Source of the DNA: Novakomyces olei
Lineage: Eukaryota
Length of the DNA stretch: 64,000 nucleotides
Assembly: GCA_016906335.1 (NCBI GenBank)
Contig: JADEYG010000002.1
Location: 1 to 64,000, forward strand
Direction of reading: 5' to 3'
In this document: positions 60,165 through 64,000 of the stretch, piece after piece
Numbering within the stretch: position 1 is the first letter of the stretch
Layout of the letters: each line of letters starts with the position of its first letter
Position numbers and translations under genes: made by a program
The notes under the pieces: generated by a model
What the model saw: the letters and a program-made list of their open reading frames with translations, nothing else
Databases searched by the model: none
What the model was told of the DNA's origin: nothing

Positions 60165-63100
60165 TCACGTCCGATCAGCGACTGGGTAACCTTTCCAATG
60201 TATTAAATACTCAGTTCGGCCACGGCGAGTACGTCGCGCCAACACCTTCTCCACCTCGTATTCTTCTTCGTTCCCTACGATAGTCGGAGGTTCCGGAGGA
60301 TTGCTAGGCCGTTTTAACAGAGTCGGAACTCGACAAGGTTCCAATAAGTTCATATGGAATACCGGGTGAATTCGCATTTGCGGCGGTAGTTCCAATTCGA
60401 ACGCTCTGTTCCCAACTGACTTTTTAATTTGGAATGGGCCTAGTCGACGGTAGTCCAATTTCTTTGTCGGCCGTGTGGTCGTAATGTTCCTTGCGTCAAG
60501 CCAAACCTTATCGCCAACGGTAAACTTGTGATCTAGGCGGTATCGATCGGCATATTTGGCCTGGTCCGACGTAGCTTTCATAAGCTCCGCCTTTAATACC
60601 GGTCTCACGGTTTGCAACCATTCTATTCGGTCTGTTACCGATGGGCTGTTCCGAAACTTTACTGTAAATCGGTGTCTCGGATGATAACCGTAATTTGCGT
60701 AAAAAGGCGTCATTTTGGTAGAAGCTTGTATCGTGTTATTATACGCAAAAGATGCCAATGGCAAGAGGGCTACCCAATCATCCTGGCTGTAGTTACAGTA
60801 TTGCCGAAGGTACTGTTCCAGAATCTGATTGACTCTCTCCGTTTGTCCGTCCGATTGCGGATGAAATGCCGTTGTCAAATTCTGTTCGACTTCCACCTCT
60901 GCACATAAGTTTCGTATAAAGTTCGACGTAAATACGGAACCACGATCAGTAACTATATTTTCCGGAAGGCCGTGTACAGAAAATATGTGCTTGACAAATA
61001 ACATTGCTAATTCCGGTGCCGTAATGGTCTCATTGCACGGCACGAAATGGGCCATCTTGGTTAATCTGTCGACGACTACCCATATTGAATCATATGTACT
61101 CTTTGTCGTGGGGTCTGAACTTCTCGGGAGTTTCACGATGAAGTCCATACTGATTGACTTCCACGGCTCCGAAGGTATAGGCAATGGGTCTAATTTCCCA
61201 ATAGGTCGGTGCCTCGTAGGCTTTGTCATATTGCATACCTCGCAAGAATCCACATAGTCTTTAACATACTGCGCCATCCGCGGCCAGTAGTAATCACGCG
61301 ATATCAACTCTAACGTCTTTGCTCGGCCTCTGTGACCAGCAGTTCTAGAGTCGTGATTTCGCCGTAGTATTTCTAATCTCAAATCTTTGTCGTTTGGGAC
61401 AACTATCAGTCCGTTCATTAACACAAGTCCCGAATCTTCCATCCGGTAATGTCGTAAATGCGGAGGACGTTCTGGCTGTTCTAAATCCTTTATGATTTCG
61501 CGACACGATTTGTCCTTTCCGTAACTTCGTAAAGTTCGTTCATTTAGATCCGATTTATCATTTGTAGTATCGGCGACCATACATAATTGGTCTGATCTCA
61601 AAAGCGGTTCCAGCCTCGCTTCTTCTGTCTTTGGATCTGTCTGATAATCCGGTCTTCTCGTTAAGGCATCTGCCTTTCCATTCTTAACTCCAGCTCTGTA
61701 CGTAATTACGAAATCGTACGAGGCTAGCATCTGGTGCCATCGCACTTGTCGTCGATTTAAGTGTTTTGACGTCGTAAAATGCTGAAGGTTCCGGTGATCG
61801 GTGAGAATTGTCGTCCGATGCTTAGGTCCTTCCAAATATACACGCCACTCCTTCAAACAGACTATAATCGCTAACATCTCCTTATCATATATTTCGTAAT
61901 TCAATTCCGCAGGGGTCATTTTCCTCGAGTAAAATGACACTGGTCTTAGATTACCTTCGTCGTCCTTTTGTGATATCACACCGGCGACTGCATAATCGGA
62001 CGCGTCAGTCTCAACTACTGACAGTCGGTCCGGATCGAAGTATCGTAATATCGGCGCTTGCAGGAATGTCGACTTTAGTTCCTGAAACGCTGATTCGGTG
62101 GCTTCGGTCCATTTGAAATCCCGATCTTTCTTCAATAACGCGGTCAGAGGCTGACAGATTTTGCTGTAGTTTTGTATAAACCGCCGATAGAAGTTTGCAA
62201 AACCTAGGAATGCTAACAAGTCTCGCTGAGTCTTCGGGGTCGGCCAGCTCCGTACTGCCTCCACCTTCCCGGGGTCCATTTTAACGCCCTCAGTGCTTAT
62301 TACGAAACCCAGGAACTGCGTCTGAGTAACATTAAACTCGCACTTTTCCAATTTCACATATAGGCTTGCTTCTCTGAGCCTCTCCAACACGTCTCGTACG
62401 TGCTTCACATGATCTTCCTCGTTCTCTGAGTATATCAAAATGTCATCCAAGTATACCACTGCATACTGGTCTAGGCATGGCCTTAAAACGTCATTCACCA
62501 GCGCTTGAAACGACGCCGGAGCGTTCGTTAAGCCAAACGGCATCACTTGATACTCAAAGTGACCGTATCTTGTGCGGAAGGCCGTCTTCCATTCGTCACC
62601 CCTTTTAATACGCACTAGATTATAAGCTCCTCTCAAGTCTAGTTTCGTAAAAACGCGCGAAGTACGAACTCGGTCCAACAACTCCGAGATTAGCGGAAGA
62701 GCGTACCGATTCTTTATTGTAACCGCATTGAGTCCTCGGTAGTCTACGCATAATCGTAACGATCCGTCCTTTTTCTTTACGAATAATATCGGCGCTCCAG
62801 CCGGACTAGACGAATGCCGAATAAAACCTTTCTCCAGGCTTTCTGCCAAATACTCGCGTAGTGCCTTAAGTTCCGGTTCCGACAACGCATATATTGGCCC
62901 GTGGGGAGGATGTGCTCCGTCACTTAGGGGTATAGCGTGGTCCCACGCCTTGTGGTCCGGGAGGCGACTCGCACTCTTCTTATCAAATAACTCTCGGAAG
63001 TCCTCATAACTTTCCGGTACTTTCTGTAATTCTTCGGCAACCGGCGCCTCTTGCTGCTCGGTTCCATACACACAAAGAGACCCACTCTGGCCATCTTTGA

Positions 63101-63645
63101 ACAATCTCTTAAACACTGCCGCTGACACCAATCCTACCTCTGGCATTGGGCCGCTCAAACATAGTCTTCTGCAGAACTTCGACGTAAACTCAATCCGTGA
63201 GCTCGTCCAATCAATATCCGGGTTGTGTAGATCTAGCCACGGCCGGCCTAGAACTATCGGATAATTTCCAATCTTCATCAAGTTAAACTGTATCTCTTCG
63301 CTATGGCCTGGAACTTCGGTGGTGTGCATCCGAATTGGTTCCGTGTGTCTCACAATAGCTCCGGAAGACGCTTCGCTTCCATCAAATACAGTAACAGTTT
63401 CCGGTGTATCCTTACGAGTGGTAGGGATATGTAATTTCCGGATAAAATCCAAATCAGCAAAATTTGAAGTCGCGCCGGAGTCAATCATTGCAGTAACTTT
63501 GCGCTGACCTCCGGGTGCTTCAATCAATACGGGAATAGTCAAGTGAGGAGAATATAACGGTGACGGTGACAAGTAAAACGATAATCTATGGTGTACGATA
63601 CTACGCCCTTCTGGCAGACTCAGGCAGGGCTTCAGTATTTTTCCT
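60165..63645 (-). CDS. pol: Pol of K (PR-RT-RH-IN-chromodomain); premature TGA at the chromodomain TWEP Trp
   Basis: MIDSGATSNF, YLDD, SMDFI, EYEVEKVL..YLIHWKGY..RT*EP; -1 frame to gag. Confidence 0.92.
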
Positions 63646-64000
63646 GAGCCTCGTCGTTTTCCTCGTAATACTCTTCCGTCTCCGCAATTGCGGCATGCTG
63701 TCCCAAGGCGCGGTTTGATGTTGGGCATTCCGCGGCTCGGTGACCCGGCTTGTCGCATCGGAAACAGCGGAAAGTGCGGCGAATATCATTTGGCTTGGAC
63801 TTTCCGGGGCCTTTAACTCTGGCATTTCGTCGGACTTCAGACTGTGCACTGACTGAGTCGACTTCCATAGGCATTGTTTCCGGTACAATTCTTCCCTGTC
63901 GATTTGTCTCGTGTGCTTCGTATCGCCGGACTGTTCTCGGCAGCACAACATCTAATCGACGATCATACAGTCGGTTGTCGATCGTAACCGCTGCTTTCAT
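63632..64000 (-). CDS. gag: C-terminal part of Gag of K
   Basis: IDNRLYDRR, PMEVD, CFRCDKPGHRAAEC. Confidence 0.9.
   Translation of the reverse strand: MKAAVTIDNRLYDRRLDVVLPRTVRRYEAHETNRQGRIVPETMPMEVDSVSAQSEVRRNARVKGPGKSKPNDIRRTFRCFRCDKPGHRAAECPTSNRALGQHAAIAETEEYYEENDEAQEKY

Larger units (their letters stand above)
53145..64000 (-). mobile_element. Chromovirus K (5' end beyond the window); 3' LTR ~53145-53473 + 59794-~59987 split by element J
   Basis: gag end, pol, PPT AAGGGGGGG at ~59991-59999; LTR limits approximate. Confidence 0.85.

Noticed and set aside
15570-64000. RIP mutation of repeats
   Set aside because: Long intact pol ORFs and near-identical repeat copies; no obvious CpA->TpA excess by eye (not computed)

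Overview
Fungal (probably ascomycete; inferred from GT..CTAAC..YAG introns and gene content) chromosome end. It starts with a (CCCTAACTAA)n telomere and a structured subtelomeric repeat. About 13 kb of genes follow: CK1-like kinase, HNH nuclease, STE20-kinase relic, YAE1, AIM11/TMEM242-like, UBX5-like, URM1, PXR1 and a SAM+HMG-box protein. From ~15.6 kb to the end is a block of deeply nested Ty1/copia and Ty3/gypsy (chromovirus) LTR retrotransposons with no recognisable host gene; much of its insertion order can be rebuilt from 5-bp target-site duplications (family letters A-P are my own labels). Main signal: a young, complete chromovirus (53474-59793) carries a third ORF encoding a C2H2 zinc finger plus an apparently catalytically intact JmjC (Fe/2OG dioxygenase, histone-demethylase-type) domain. 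At least three more related copies occur in the window, two of them downstream of gypsy pol. Two other gypsy 3' ends carry antisense Zn2Cys6-like ORFs. All calls are by eye; no database search was run, so novelty is unverified.
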